NCBI GenBank assembly: GCA_963700945.1
Contig: CAVOZQ010000040.1
Coordinates: 239,112-303,111, forward strand
Direction: 5' to 3'
Source of the DNA: an uncultured Alphaproteobacteria bacterium
GTDB lineage: Bacteria; Pseudomonadota; Alphaproteobacteria; Geminicoccales; Geminicoccaceae
DNA length: 64,000 bases
Under the pieces are notes generated by a model, which saw only the letters and a program-made list of their open reading frames with translations, was not told the origin of the DNA and did no database searches. This document shows positions 36,260 through 46,021 of this stretch, in pieces (the stretch's first letter is position 1; every line of letters starts with the position of its first letter). The translations under genes were made by a program, and so were the position numbers.

Positions 36260-37925
36260 ATGTTTTGTTATCAATGTCAGGAAACCGCCAAGAATGAGGG
36301 CTGCACCGTAAAAGGAATGTGCGGCAAACCGGAAGAAACCGCCAATCTTCAGGACCTTTTGATCTATGCCCTAAGAGGCCTCGCCGTTTATGGGGAAAAG
36401 GCTAAAGAACTCGGTATTTCGGATGGAAAAGACGGGTTGTTTATGGCCCAGGCCCTTTTTGCCACCATCACCAATGCCAACTTTGACAATGACCGCATTA
36501 TTGACCTGATCAAGGAGGCCTTAAACCGCAGAGAAACCCTGAAAGAGAAATTTCTGGCAGTCTTTAAGGAAAAAAACGGCCGGGATTTCGATGACGCCCT
36601 GCACCATTCCGCCACCTGGTTTTCCGACGACGTAACTGAATTTCATGAAAAAGCCAAATCCGTCGGTGTTCTTGCCACCGAAAATGAAGACGTCCGTTCC
36701 TTAAGGGAGCTTTTGATCATCGGCGTCAAAGGAATCGCCGCCTATGCGGATCATGCCGCCGTTCTGGGGTATGAAAAAGATGAAATCTACGATTTTTTCA
36801 TGGAAGCCCTGGCATCAACCACCAAAGACCTATCCGTGGATGAGATGATCGCCCTGGTGTTGAAAGCCGGTGAGGTTTCGGTAACCACCATGGCCACCCT
36901 GGACGAGGCCAACACTTCCGCTTACGGAAATCCTGAAATCACCGAAGTCAACATCGGTGTCGGCAGCAAACCGGGGATTTTGATCAGCGGACATGATCTC
37001 AAGGACATGGAAGAATTGCTGAAACAGACCGAAGGCACCGGTGTGGATGTTTACACCCACGGCGAGATGCTGCCGGCCAACTACTATCCGGCCTTCAAAA
37101 AATATGATCACTTTGTGGGCAATTACGGGGGCTCCTGGTGGGCACAGAACAAGGAATTTGAATCATTTAACGGACCGATTCTGATGACCACCAATTGTGT
37201 GGTTCCGCTAAGAAAGGACAACACCTATCTGGACCGACTTTTCACCACCGGTATGGCCGGCTACCCGGGAGCCAAATACATTGCAGATCGTCCCCGGAGC
37301 GGCTCCAAGGATTTTTCACAAATCATTGAAATGGCCAAAAAATGCAGCCCGCCTATCGAAATTGAAACCGGTAAGATTGTCGGCGGTTTTGCCCACAACC
37401 AGGTACTGGCCCTGGCCGACAAAGTGGTGGATGCCGTAAAATCCGGCGCCATCAAACGCTTTGTGGTCATGGCCGGCTGTGACGGACGTCAAAAAGCCAG
37501 AAGCTATTTTACCGATGTAGCCGAAGCGCTTCCCAAAGATACCGTCATCTTAACGGCCGGTTGCGCCAAATACCGTTACAACAAACTGGATCTCGGCGAT
37601 ATCGGCGGCATCCCGCGAGTCCTGGATGCCGGACAGTGCAACGATTCTTATTCCCTGGCGGTCATCGCCTTGAAGTTAAAAGAAGTATTTGAGCTGGATG
37701 ATATCAACGATCTGCCGATTTCCTTCGACATTGGCTGGTACGAACAAAAAGCCGTGGCGGTCTCTGTTGGCCCTGCTGCACCTGGGGGTTAAGGGTATCC
37801 GCCTGGGGCCGACCCTTCCGGCGTTTCTGTCACCGACCGTGGCCAAGGTGCTGGTCGAAAATTTTGACATTAAACCCATCGGCGAAGTTCAGGCCGACGT
37901 TGACGCCATGATGGCCGCAGCCTGA
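36260..37925 (+). CDS. hcp: hybrid-cluster protein / hydroxylamine reductase Hcp, frame-broken near 37755-37765
   Basis: [16 protein letters not shown]-terminal cluster motif. The 510-aa ORF ends prematurely, and the conserved tail [28 protein letters not shown] is in the +1 frame (ORF 37689..37925). Confidence 0.9.
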
Positions 37926-38166
37926 TTTCAGCTGAATAAATCCTGCTGCATAGACTGCAGCCTATCCAACGAATTGCCCTCAACCCGTCTTCACAGGAGA
38001 CGGGTTGATCCACCTCAGGCGGACCACGGGGTCACCTCACTCACCGGTTTCAGGGTTTGCTCTTTTTCGAATCAACCCGACAGCTTCGGCGGCCTGCGGC
38101 GGCGCTCCTCAACAAGTAAAAAGAATTGGGATTGCTTTCCATTCTCTTTTTTTGTAGATTTATCAG

Positions 38167-38982
38167 TTGAGAACCAAAAGATTCGAGCATATTCCTCCTA
38201 AACAGCAGCAGAAGGAAAATTCAAAGTTGGAAACCCACTGGGACATAACCAGGGTGCCGGGCTCCGGCTTCCTACCGCAAACCATTATTTCTCCCATTGA
38301 CGGTGCTGAAATGGTCCTGGTACCCGAAGGTGAATTTACCATGGGCATTTCCGAGCAAGAGCTTTATCGGATATGGATGTTAGACGATCGGGAAAACCCG
38401 GTATATGCCACCGAAACACCTGCTCGCACGGTCGGCCTCAAGGCCTTTTACATCGACCGGTATCCGGTTACGAATTACCAGTATCGCAAATTTATTCAAC
38501 ACACCGGACACCGGCATCCCATGCTACTCGATCACCCCGACTGGGGGCAGCCCTTGCAGCCGGTAGTATTTGTCGGCTGGGATGATGCCGACGCCTACGC
38601 CGCATGGGCTGACAAGAAACTTCCCACGGAAATGCAGTGGGAGAAGGCCGGCCGTGGAACCGACGGCCGCTGGTGGGCGTGGGGCCACGAGTTTGTTCCG
38701 AACCGATGCAATTCGAGGGAGTACGAACTGCAACATACATCGAAAATAGGCATTTTCGATCGTGGAATCAGCCCCTATGGGTGTTATGATATGTGCGGCA
38801 ATGTCTGGGAGATGTGCAAAGGCCAATGGCTTGAGGGGACATTACCCATGCGGGGAGGCTGTTTTATAGGCTCGGCCACCTTCGTGCGGGTGACCTGTCG
38901 CTGGACTCCGGAAGATCCCGTCAACGGCGCCCACTGGCTCGGATTTCGCTGTGTAAAAGAAATTCCTGTCATACCCCATTGA
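38167..38982 (+). CDS. formylglycine-generating-enzyme (SUMF1/FGE-sulfatase) family protein
   Basis: YIDRYPVTNYQYRKF, GWDDADAYAAW, GCYDMCGNVWEMC, RGGCF and LGFRCV motifs. Confidence 0.85.
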   Translation: MRTKRFEHIPPKQQQKENSKLETHWDITRVPGSGFLPQTIISPIDGAEMVLVPEGEFTMGISEQELYRIWMLDDRENPVYATETPARTVGLKAFYIDRYPVTNYQYRKFIQHTGHRHPMLLDHPDWGQPLQPVVFVGWDDADAYAAWADKKLPTEMQWEKAGRGTDGRWWAWGHEFVPNRCNSREYELQHTSKIGIFDRGISPYGCYDMCGNVWEMCKGQWLEGTLPMRGGCFIGSATFVRVTCRWTPEDPVNGAHWLGFRCVKEIPVIPH

Positions 38983-38989
38983 GCGAAAC

Positions 38990-39075
38990 GGATTTGTAAC
39001 CCGATGAAGACACGATCTCTGTATAGGAGCTGTCCGGGGTATTTCAATCCGGAACGTTGAACCGCTCAACCGTGG
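38990..39075 (+). repeat. ~85-nt dispersed module, copy
   Basis: GGATTTGTAACCCGATGAAGACACGATCTCTGTATAGGAGC..ATTTCAATCCGGAACGTTGAACCGCTCAACCGTGG aligns with 17776-17866. Confidence 0.55.
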
Positions 39076-39157
39076 CTTGAATTATCTCTAAAAGGTATTA
39101 AGTTTCTGAAAGAATCTTTACTAAGACGCTATAATTCAAAATCGGAGAGATCTTATC

Positions 39158-39646
39158 ATGTCAGAATATGAATATTTGGCAGGCAAACGAGTCCTTATCG
39201 TTGACGATGAGCCGGATGTGTTGGACAGTCTGGAAGACCTTTTATCGATGTGTGAGGTCACGAAAGCTTCAAACTTTCAGGAGGCCAAAGAGTACCTACA
39301 AGGCCGATATTTCGACATCGCTGTTTTGGATATCATGGGGGTTGAAGGCTACGATCTGCTGAAAATCGCCAATCAAAAGAACATTACGGCCGCCATGTTG
39401 ACGGCCCATGCCCTCAGTCCCGAAAATCTCGTTAAATCTTACAAAGAAGGTGCCGCCTCTTACTTGCCCAAAGAAGAGATGGTTAACATTGCATCCTTTT
39501 TAGATGACATCCTGGAAGCCAAGGAAAAAGGAAAGAATACCTGGACCCGCTGGTATGACCGCATGGGCTCTTTTTTTGAAAAAAGATTCGGCGAAGATTG
39601 GAAGAAATCGGATCAGGCGTTCTGGGAGAAGTTCCCTTTCTATTAA
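39158..39646 (+). CDS. single-domain response regulator (receiver) with short C-terminal extension
   Basis: RVLIVDDEPD .. IAVLDIMG .. MLTAHA .. K pattern; 162 aa. Confidence 0.8.
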   Translation: MSEYEYLAGKRVLIVDDEPDVLDSLEDLLSMCEVTKASNFQEAKEYLQGRYFDIAVLDIMGVEGYDLLKIANQKNITAAMLTAHALSPENLVKSYKEGAASYLPKEEMVNIASFLDDILEAKEKGKNTWTRWYDRMGSFFEKRFGEDWKKSDQAFWEKFPFY

Positions 39647-39710
39647 TTTTAAAAAAATTGTGATATACACCGAGCCGTATAAGATAAAGCGTCCGTTATT
39701 GTAAGCCATC

Positions 39711-39941
39711 ATGAGCTCTCAGGAGAACACACCGGTTCTTTTAATCGATGAACTGGATCGTTCCGATGAGGAATTTGAAGCCTCTCTGTCCGAGATACTC
39801 TCGGATTTTCAGGTATCGATCCCCGGACCAACAGGAACCAACATCGTCGCAACAATGGACGCCTGGCTACAGTCCGCCATCTCTTCTCAAAATGATCGCC
39901 GGGAAAGAACTTCAGTCCGTAGAATCCAGGCTTTTGTATGA
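39711..39941 (+). pseudogene. short remnant of a MoxR-like AAA ATPase gene
   Basis: PVLLIDELDRSDEEFEASLSEILSDFQVSIP resembles the Walker B/sensor region of MoxR-type ATPases. There is nothing before or after it. Confidence 0.4.
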
Positions 39942-40307
39942 AGCCATCTGCAGCCTGCTGAAACCGCTAACATCCGGTTGAGTTGCCGTTTTAAATACAC
40001 CATTCGCGGCAAGAAAATTTCTCTGAGAATAATATCGCGAAAAAACATGCCGTTCGGTATGCGGTTGTTTGAGCTGGCAGGTTCTGAAACGGAAGGATTT
40101 AACAGGGCAGGCAGACCTTCACAGACCTAGACAGACAAATTTATTCTGATACTGAAAACCGGATCCTCCCTCCGGGCTGCAGGCCCTATGGGCTGGAAGC
40201 TGGGCAGGATTCTTTACTTCTCTCCATGACGGGGCGCCTGGACAAAATGTCCATGTGAGTCGGTGTGATTGCATGGCTGATTTTAAAATTTTCAAAGGAA
40301 AACAAAA

Positions 40308-41912
40308 ATGGATGATTTAAAATCACTAACAGTCGGACAGATATTAGAAAGAGGTGCTGCTCAAGTGCCAGACAAAACTGCCGTGGTGGATGGAGATTTA
40401 AGAAAGACTTTTGGCGAATTAAACCGGACAGCCGATGCGCTGGCCGCCGCCCTTGCGGACATCGGCTTACAAAAAGGTGACCGCGCGGCGATTTACATGA
40501 AAAATTCATTTGAGCTCATGATTGCATTTTATGCCTTACAAAAATTGGGTGTCATCGCGGTATGGGTAAATGCCATATATCGCAAAAACGAATCGGAATT
40601 TATTGTAAACAACTCAGAAGCCAGAGCAGTTTTCATTTTTAGCGAATGGGAGGGACACGATTATCTTACTGATGCTCTAAATATAAAAAAGGATTCAGCG
40701 ACACTAGAAAAGATCATCCTCGTCGGCGATGGCAAGGGTCCGGGGGTGGTTTCCTTCTATGATTTAATAGCAGCCGGGCGCAATACGAAAATAATCCAGC
40801 CACGAATAGATACCCGGCAAGACCTTGCGATGCTGCTTTATACCTCGGGCACCACGGGTAAACCAAAGGGAGCCATGATCACCCATTATGCCGCTGTCAG
40901 GGCGGGATGGGAATACTCACTGGGAGTCCGGGCTTCCTCAGAGGACATTTTTATCGGCTTTTTACCCATGAGCCATTCCTATGGGTGCGGGTCGATTCTG
41001 ATTCAGCCCCTACTGCTCCAGGCAACCGTCGTACTAATGGCCAGCTTTGAGGTGGAAAATGCCTTCAAACTTATCGAGCAAGAGAAAATTACCTTGCAGC
41101 TGGCTGCCCCGACTCACTATATCCTTGAGTTAAACCACCCAAAGCGGCAAAATTTTGATTTGCGTTCGCTGCGAGCCGGCCTCATCGCCGGCATGATCGC
41201 ACCGGAGGGGCTGATAACCCGGGTGGAAAAAGAGATGGGGGTATATCTGACCTCTTTCTGGGGAGCCTCCGAAGTCGGTCCGGGTTTGGGGACCTTGTGT
41301 CCCTATCCTTCACCGCTGGATATTCGCGAAAAATATATCGGACGACCCGTCGCCGATACCCGCATACGGATCGTCGACCCCGCCACCCATAAAGAACTGG
41401 CGGACGGTGAGATCGGGGAGTTGACGATCAACGGATGGCATGTCATGAAAGGCTACTGGAAAAATCCGACAGAAACCCTCAAACAAACTATCGATGGGTG
41501 GCTTTATATGGGGGATCTGACATCCAGAGAAGAAAATGGCTACATCAAAATTTATGGCCGCACCAAAGACTTGATTAATCGCGGCGGCTATAAAATTTAC
41601 CCCTATGAACTCGAATGTCTGCTCATTGAGCATCACAAAATTGCGCAAGTCTGCATCGTCGCAACATCCAACCCGGTCTTAGGCGAATCGATTTGTGCGT
41701 GTGTGATCCCCGAGCCGGGTCAAAAAATTACCCTGACGGAAATTCGGGATTTGCTGAAAGATAAAATTGCCTCACATAAACTGCCGGATGAACTTTGCAT
41801 CATGGATGATTTTCCCAAGCTGTCCGGTGGTGTAAAGATTAAAAAATTCGGCCAAGGCGGCCTGGCTGAAATGGCTGAACAGGACCGCAGTCGGGAACGA
41901 ATTCGAAAGTAG
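40308..41912 (+). CDS. AMP-dependent acyl-CoA synthetase/ligase
   Basis: LLYTSGTTGKPKGAMITH AMP-binding motif, plus GEL..GW..TGD.. and a C-terminal lysine region; 534 aa. Confidence 0.9.
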   Translation: MDDLKSLTVGQILERGAAQVPDKTAVVDGDLRKTFGELNRTADALAAALADIGLQKGDRAAIYMKNSFELMIAFYALQKLGVIAVWVNAIYRKNESEFIVNNSEARAVFIFSEWEGHDYLTDALNIKKDSATLEKIILVGDGKGPGVVSFYDLIAAGRNTKIIQPRIDTRQDLAMLLYTSGTTGKPKGAMITHYAAVRAGWEYSLGVRASSEDIFIGFLPMSHSYGCGSILIQPLLLQATVVLMASFEVENAFKLIEQEKITLQLAAPTHYILELNHPKRQNFDLRSLRAGLIAGMIAPEGLITRVEKEMGVYLTSFWGASEVGPGLGTLCPYPSPLDIREKYIGRPVADTRIRIVDPATHKELADGEIGELTINGWHVMKGYWKNPTETLKQTIDGWLYMGDLTSREENGYIKIYGRTKDLINRGGYKIYPYELECLLIEHHKIAQVCIVATSNPVLGESICACVIPEPGQKITLTEIRDLLKDKIASHKLPDELCIMDDFPKLSGGVKIKKFGQGGLAEMAEQDRSRERIRK

Positions 41913-42065
41913 TGGGTATGAGCGCGCTATAGACTCTGTCCCATTGATGGGTTGATACCTTCCAGCCGTGCTTTTTCCGTGCCACGGCATACAGGAAAAT
42001 AACGGAAAAGCGGTTGTATAGCGGATAAGGACTTGATTTTTAGAGCAGGTAGGAAAGATGAATCA

Positions 42066-43346
42066 ATGAGCATATCAGAAGGAAGGACCCCTTGGCCGGG
42101 CATCTATTACGGTTGGATAATTGTCGCCGTGGCACTGGTCTCAATGGCATTCTGGTTGGGCATCCGTTCCAGTTTTTCGGTATTTTATGTCGCCCTTCTG
42201 GAGGATTTCCGCTGGACCCGGGCAGGTTCGGCCGGCGTACAATCCATCGCCCTGATCACTTATACCCTTCTGGCGCCCCTGGTGGGAGGCTTGATTGACC
42301 GCTTTGGTCCCCGTCGTGTGGTCGTCCCCGGAATATTGATTCTTGCATTCGGGCTGATGCTTTGCAGTTCGATCAAAACGCTCAGCCAGTTCTATCTCTT
42401 TTACGGTGTGGTAATGGGGTCCGGCATTACCTGTATCGGCATCATAACCTACTCTGCTATTTTAGCCCATTGGTTTGAAAAAAAACGGGGTCTGGCCAGC
42501 GGCATCGCGGTCTCAGGCATGGGACTTGGAACATTTTTGCTGGTCCCGATGTCCCAAGGTTTCATTTCCATGGTCGGCTGGCAGATGACGTTTATAATCA
42601 CCGGTGCGCTGGTCCTCATTATACTGTTACCGGCCAATGCATTTTTCCTGAGACATAAACCCTGCGAGGTGGGTCAATACCCTGATGGATTAAAACTGCC
42701 GCAAGCACCCTCCACCACACCGAATTCAACCAACAGCATAAATGAAACAGCGACCGACTGGACGCTGAAAAAGGCGGTTTCATCCAAACGCTTTTGGACT
42801 TTGATGCTATTTCCTTTCCTATCGATCGTGGGCATATATATCATACTGGTCCACAACGTCAGATTTTTGGTTGATCAGGGAGTCGATAAAATGGCAGCCG
42901 CCCTTATCTTTGCCATGGTCGGCGTTGTGTCCTCGATATTTCGAATTTTTTGGGGCTGGCTTTCCGATCGCATCGGTCGGGAGACTACCTTTACCATGGG
43001 GATCCTGTGCGCCTGCATGGGCGTGAGTTCTCTTCTTTTATTTGAAAGCAGTGGATTTAAGCCGTTTACCTATGGCTTTTCCCTCTTTTTCGGCATCGGT
43101 TGGGGTGTTACGGCCCCCATGTTTATGTCCGTGTCTGCCGATCTTTTTAAAGGGAAGATTTTTGGCCTTATTTACGGTTTTGTTGAGGCGGGGATTGGGA
43201 CGGCAGGAGCAATTGGCGCCTGGGTGGCAGGATTTATTTTTGATCAAACCCGGAGCTATAGAATGGCCTTTATTCTCGCAATCGTTGTCTTATTGGTATC
43301 CTGTATCTTTATTTGGTTGGCAGCCCCCCGGAGGTTTCGCCGTTGA
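42066..43346 (+). CDS. MFS transporter
   Basis: 12 predicted TM helices and GGLIDRFGPRRV loop motif. Start placed at ATG 42066; the ORF is open from 42033. Confidence 0.8.
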   Translation: MSISEGRTPWPGIYYGWIIVAVALVSMAFWLGIRSSFSVFYVALLEDFRWTRAGSAGVQSIALITYTLLAPLVGGLIDRFGPRRVVVPGILILAFGLMLCSSIKTLSQFYLFYGVVMGSGITCIGIITYSAILAHWFEKKRGLASGIAVSGMGLGTFLLVPMSQGFISMVGWQMTFIITGALVLIILLPANAFFLRHKPCEVGQYPDGLKLPQAPSTTPNSTNSINETATDWTLKKAVSSKRFWTLMLFPFLSIVGIYIILVHNVRFLVDQGVDKMAAALIFAMVGVVSSIFRIFWGWLSDRIGRETTFTMGILCACMGVSSLLLFESSGFKPFTYGFSLFFGIGWGVTAPMFMSVSADLFKGKIFGLIYGFVEAGIGTAGAIGAWVAGFIFDQTRSYRMAFILAIVVLLVSCIFIWLAAPRRFRR

Positions 43347-43822
43347 TAAACATGGCCCGTTGTCATGGTACCCGTTCAGCGTTCCAAAGTCAGGACCGAT
43401 GCTGCGTGTTTCAGTTTCTCGTGTGATCCATTACGGCTATCTTCTTACCGTCAGCTCTAAGGAACGATTAGGGCCTGGCCTGTGATATCTGTGCTCCCAT
43501 CAGCAATCGCTGAACCTGTGATTCCGAAAACGCCCAGAAAGAGCACCAGGGATAATATAAATATTGTTTTCATTCGGCACGTACAATTTTTTTTTGGCAT
43601 CTGACTGTCCTCCTCACTTTTTTCTAACGAAACACTATTATGTTCTTCATCAGAGTTTTTTCCAAACATTAAAAATTTTTCTGCCAATCAATATTATTCC
43701 ATAAATTTACACCTCCTTTCTCGCCAACGGCGCTTCTCACCAGTCAGGACGCTGTTTGGCCTGAATCTGAGGTTGAAGCATGTCTGTTATCCTTTTCGTG
43801 GTTCCGGACGGTGTGTGTTAGC

Positions 43823-44203
43823 CTAACCCAGGAAGCGCTCATACGCGATCAGCCCCCAAACAACGGCGGCGGTGATCATGCTGATAAATGCCGCTGCAGA
43901 GCCCAAATCTTTTGCCCGTTTTGATAATTCATGTCGTTCCGGCCCAATTCTATCCACGACCGCCTCCACCGCAGAGTTCAGCAACTCAGTAATGAGAATC
44001 GACATAGAGGATGCGATCAGCAGGGCCCACTCCACCGCAGTTCGGCCAAGCCAAAAACCCACCGGCATCATCAGGAGAACGATTGCCGCTTCCCACCGAA
44101 AGGCCTGCTCATTTTTCCAGGCCGCTTTTATGCCGGCCATCGACCAAGTGACGGCTTTGATGATATGCGCTAGGATCGTATCCTTTGCTTCTCCCATAAG
44201 CAT
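43823..44203 (-). CDS. dgkA: diacylglycerol kinase
   Basis: 126 aa with NEQAFRWEA..ELLNSAVEAVVDRIG..LSKRAKDLGSAAV-type DgkA pattern. Confidence 0.85.
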   Translation of the reverse strand: MLMGEAKDTILAHIIKAVTWSMAGIKAAWKNEQAFRWEAAIVLLMMPVGFWLGRTAVEWALLIASSMSILITELLNSAVEAVVDRIGPERHELSKRAKDLGSAAAFISMITAAVVWGLIAYERFLG

Positions 44204-44597
44204 TCCACAATAAACATCCCAGAAATGGGTGTTTCTATCCCCAATATCATCGCTTTCAACGCAAAATTGGCCGGATTAGAAACCCGTGACCCCCGCAGCT
44301 AGTATGCCCCCCCCAGCCTCAACGACCTTTCGATCCTTTGTTCTTATGCCAAGCGCCTGCTCTGTATTCTTAACATTTACCCCGTTAAATGCTTGCTCAG
44401 TGGAATATTTACCCTATGAATTTCGGGGCATAGTTCTCTGGGGCGAAGTCCATTCCATCGGGGTGAAGCCTATTTATCTTGGGTGTGTGCCAGATGTGCC
44501 CTGCAATATACACAGCCTACACCCTTGATCCATCCAGCTTCGGACTCTCCTCTCAAAGTTGGCCCGCAGACTTCACTACTGATCTGGTGGCTAACCT

Positions 44598-44828
44598 TTA
44601 ATCAGATGGGATTTGAATCACTATCGTAAAAACAGACAATCGTGTGGCGGCAACAGCAATAATTGCAGTCGAGACACACCAAAATATGACTAAATTTCCT
44701 ATGAACGTCACAGTCCCGCGTATAAATACCAGGTACCCTGTTATGGCAGCGACCACGATACAAAAAAAGGCAACTGCAAAATAAAAGTTTTTCAATTTCT
44801 TCGAATACCTGACGGCGAGTGTTTCCAT
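44598..44828 (-). CDS. hypothetical small membrane protein (2 TM)
   Basis: 76-aa ORF with two clear hydrophobic helices; no other support. Confidence 0.3.
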   Translation of the reverse strand: METLAVRYSKKLKNFYFAVAFFCIVVAAITGYLVFIRGTVTFIGNLVIFWCVSTAIIAVAATRLSVFTIVIQIPSD

Positions 44829-44854
44829 TGGTTCATTCTTTGGCGTTTAACAGA

Positions 44855-44941
44855 AAATCAGCGACCACCAGCAGAGCTGGGGGTATGATAGGATGGCCCC
44901 TTGAAGGGGCCGGTACCACCTCTGCCGGTGGCCGCTGATTT
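44855..44941. other. 87-nt nested inverted repeat (21-22-bp outer stem with 2 mismatches; inner GGCCCC-TTGAA-GGGGCC hairpin)
   Basis: AAATCAGCGACCACCAGCAGAG (44855-44876) pairs with CTCTGCCGGTGGCCGCTGATTT (44920-44941). Inner hairpin at 44895-44911. Confidence 0.6.
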
Positions 44942-44943
44942 AT

Positions 44944-45057
44944 CTCAATTCATAAGCCGCCGGCATCGATTAGATTTGCACCCATCGAGCATGCCCTCGC
45001 GGTAACGGTAGAACCTTTTAAATTCTCACCGGCATAGCCGGTGGCTTATGAATTGAG
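44944..45057 (+). mobile_element. 114-bp MITE-like element with 21-bp terminal inverted repeats (CTCAATTCATAAGCCGCCGGC / GCCGGTGGCTTATGAATTGAG)
   Basis: TIRs read directly. A second copy in opposite orientation lies at 47428-47541. Confidence 0.7.
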
Positions 45058-45151
45058 TTAAGTTGCGGGCAGGGAAAACCATGGCGATAACGACAAGGCA
45101 ATTTAGTGGGTTGAAATATGGATATGTAAAAAAACCGCCTACTTCTGCCCG

Positions 45152-45391
45152 TCAATCTTCAATGTTTTGTTCGGCAAACCGTTCCCTGGACTCTCTTACC
45201 GCAGAAAGAATGTCTTTTGTAGTCGCTTTGGTTTGGATTCCAGGAACGTCAAATGGTGATTTTTTGCTTCTCCTAAAGATTATTGAAAAAGTTTCACCAC
45301 CTCTCCTTTTGATAACCACCTCTTCACTTCTCGCAGTATTAAGAACATCAGAAAGACGTTGTCTTGCTTCGGAATATGTATACACTTTCAT
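45152..45391 (-). CDS. Phd/YefM-type antitoxin
   Basis: MKVYTYSEARQRLSDVLNTA..EVVIKRRGGE N-terminal pattern; 79 aa. ATG lies 6 nt after the PIN gene stop, with GGAG inside the PIN 3' end. Confidence 0.75.
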   Translation of the reverse strand: MKVYTYSEARQRLSDVLNTARSEEVVIKRRGGETFSIIFRRSKKSPFDVPGIQTKATTKDILSAVRESRERFAEQNIED

Positions 45392-45397
45392 AGTATC

Positions 45398-45787
45398 TTA
45401 CTCCAAAATTATAATCCCCATCTCCTGCGCTACCTTTTGCATTCCAAGGTCAAGTGTAAGCAGCGGGCTTCGTAAGTTTTCAGCGCATTCTAAGAAATAC
45501 GCATCGTAGGCATATAGGTTATATTTAATCGCGATGCTCAATGCATATTTTATATTCGTATGTCTTAAATCAACCGGTATCTGTTGAACAATATCCCAGG
45601 CTGATTCGACTTCTTCTTTTTTCAAAAATTTTTTTTTCATCATTGCCGTTAATGCATTCCCTATTTCAAACGGCAAAACATCAGGGGCAATTAAATCATG
45701 GCCTTCTGTAAGTCCAATGATTTTGCCCTTTTCAGGCTCATTTAGGGCAACCGCTATGAACGTATTTGTGTCAGCGATAATTTTCAT
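45398..45787 (-). CDS. PIN-domain (VapC-like) toxin
   Basis: MKIIADTNTFIAV (Asp 1), EIGNAL, YDAYFLECA and LLTLD acidic positions. Start at ATG 45787, directly behind a sigma70-like promoter. Confidence 0.75.
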   Translation of the reverse strand: MKIIADTNTFIAVALNEPEKGKIIGLTEGHDLIAPDVLPFEIGNALTAMMKKKFLKKEEVESAWDIVQQIPVDLRHTNIKYALSIAIKYNLYAYDAYFLECAENLRSPLLTLDLGMQKVAQEMGIIILE

Positions 45788-45789
45788 AG

Positions 45790-45823
45790 GTACAATTGTA
45801 CGTATTGAGTCTGAATTTGTCAA
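45790..45823 (-). promoter_or_regulatory. sigma70-like promoter TTGACA-17-TACAAT with a perfect palindrome GTACAATTGTAC over the -10; ATG 7 nt downstream of the -10
   Basis: Minus-strand reading: TTGACA = 45823-45818, TACAAT = 45800-45795, palindrome 45790-45801. Confidence 0.55.
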
Positions 45824-46021
45824 GTCAATTTTTAGCAAGAGCCGAACGGTCAGCTTCAGTAGCCGCCCGCTTAATGCCGATAACTAAAAAAATATATATT
45901 GCTGTATAAATGACGCTGTTTGCAAATCGGCACGGATCTGGCGCTCTGACTTCCGGGTAAAGGCACCGCTGAAGCTCACGGCCTCAGGGCGGCCGGGCCG
46001 TTTACACCACGCAATGAACAT

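Noticed and set aside
37974-38201. 75-aa ORF downstream of hcp
   Set aside because: It has no RBS or motif and overlaps the start region of the FGE-family gene.
43457-43687. 76-aa ORF containing a signal-peptide-like stretch (MKTIFILSLVLFLGVFGITGSAIA)
   Set aside because: It would give only about a 14-residue mature peptide. There is no clear RBS and no neighbours suggesting a peptide system. It cannot be supported from sequence alone.
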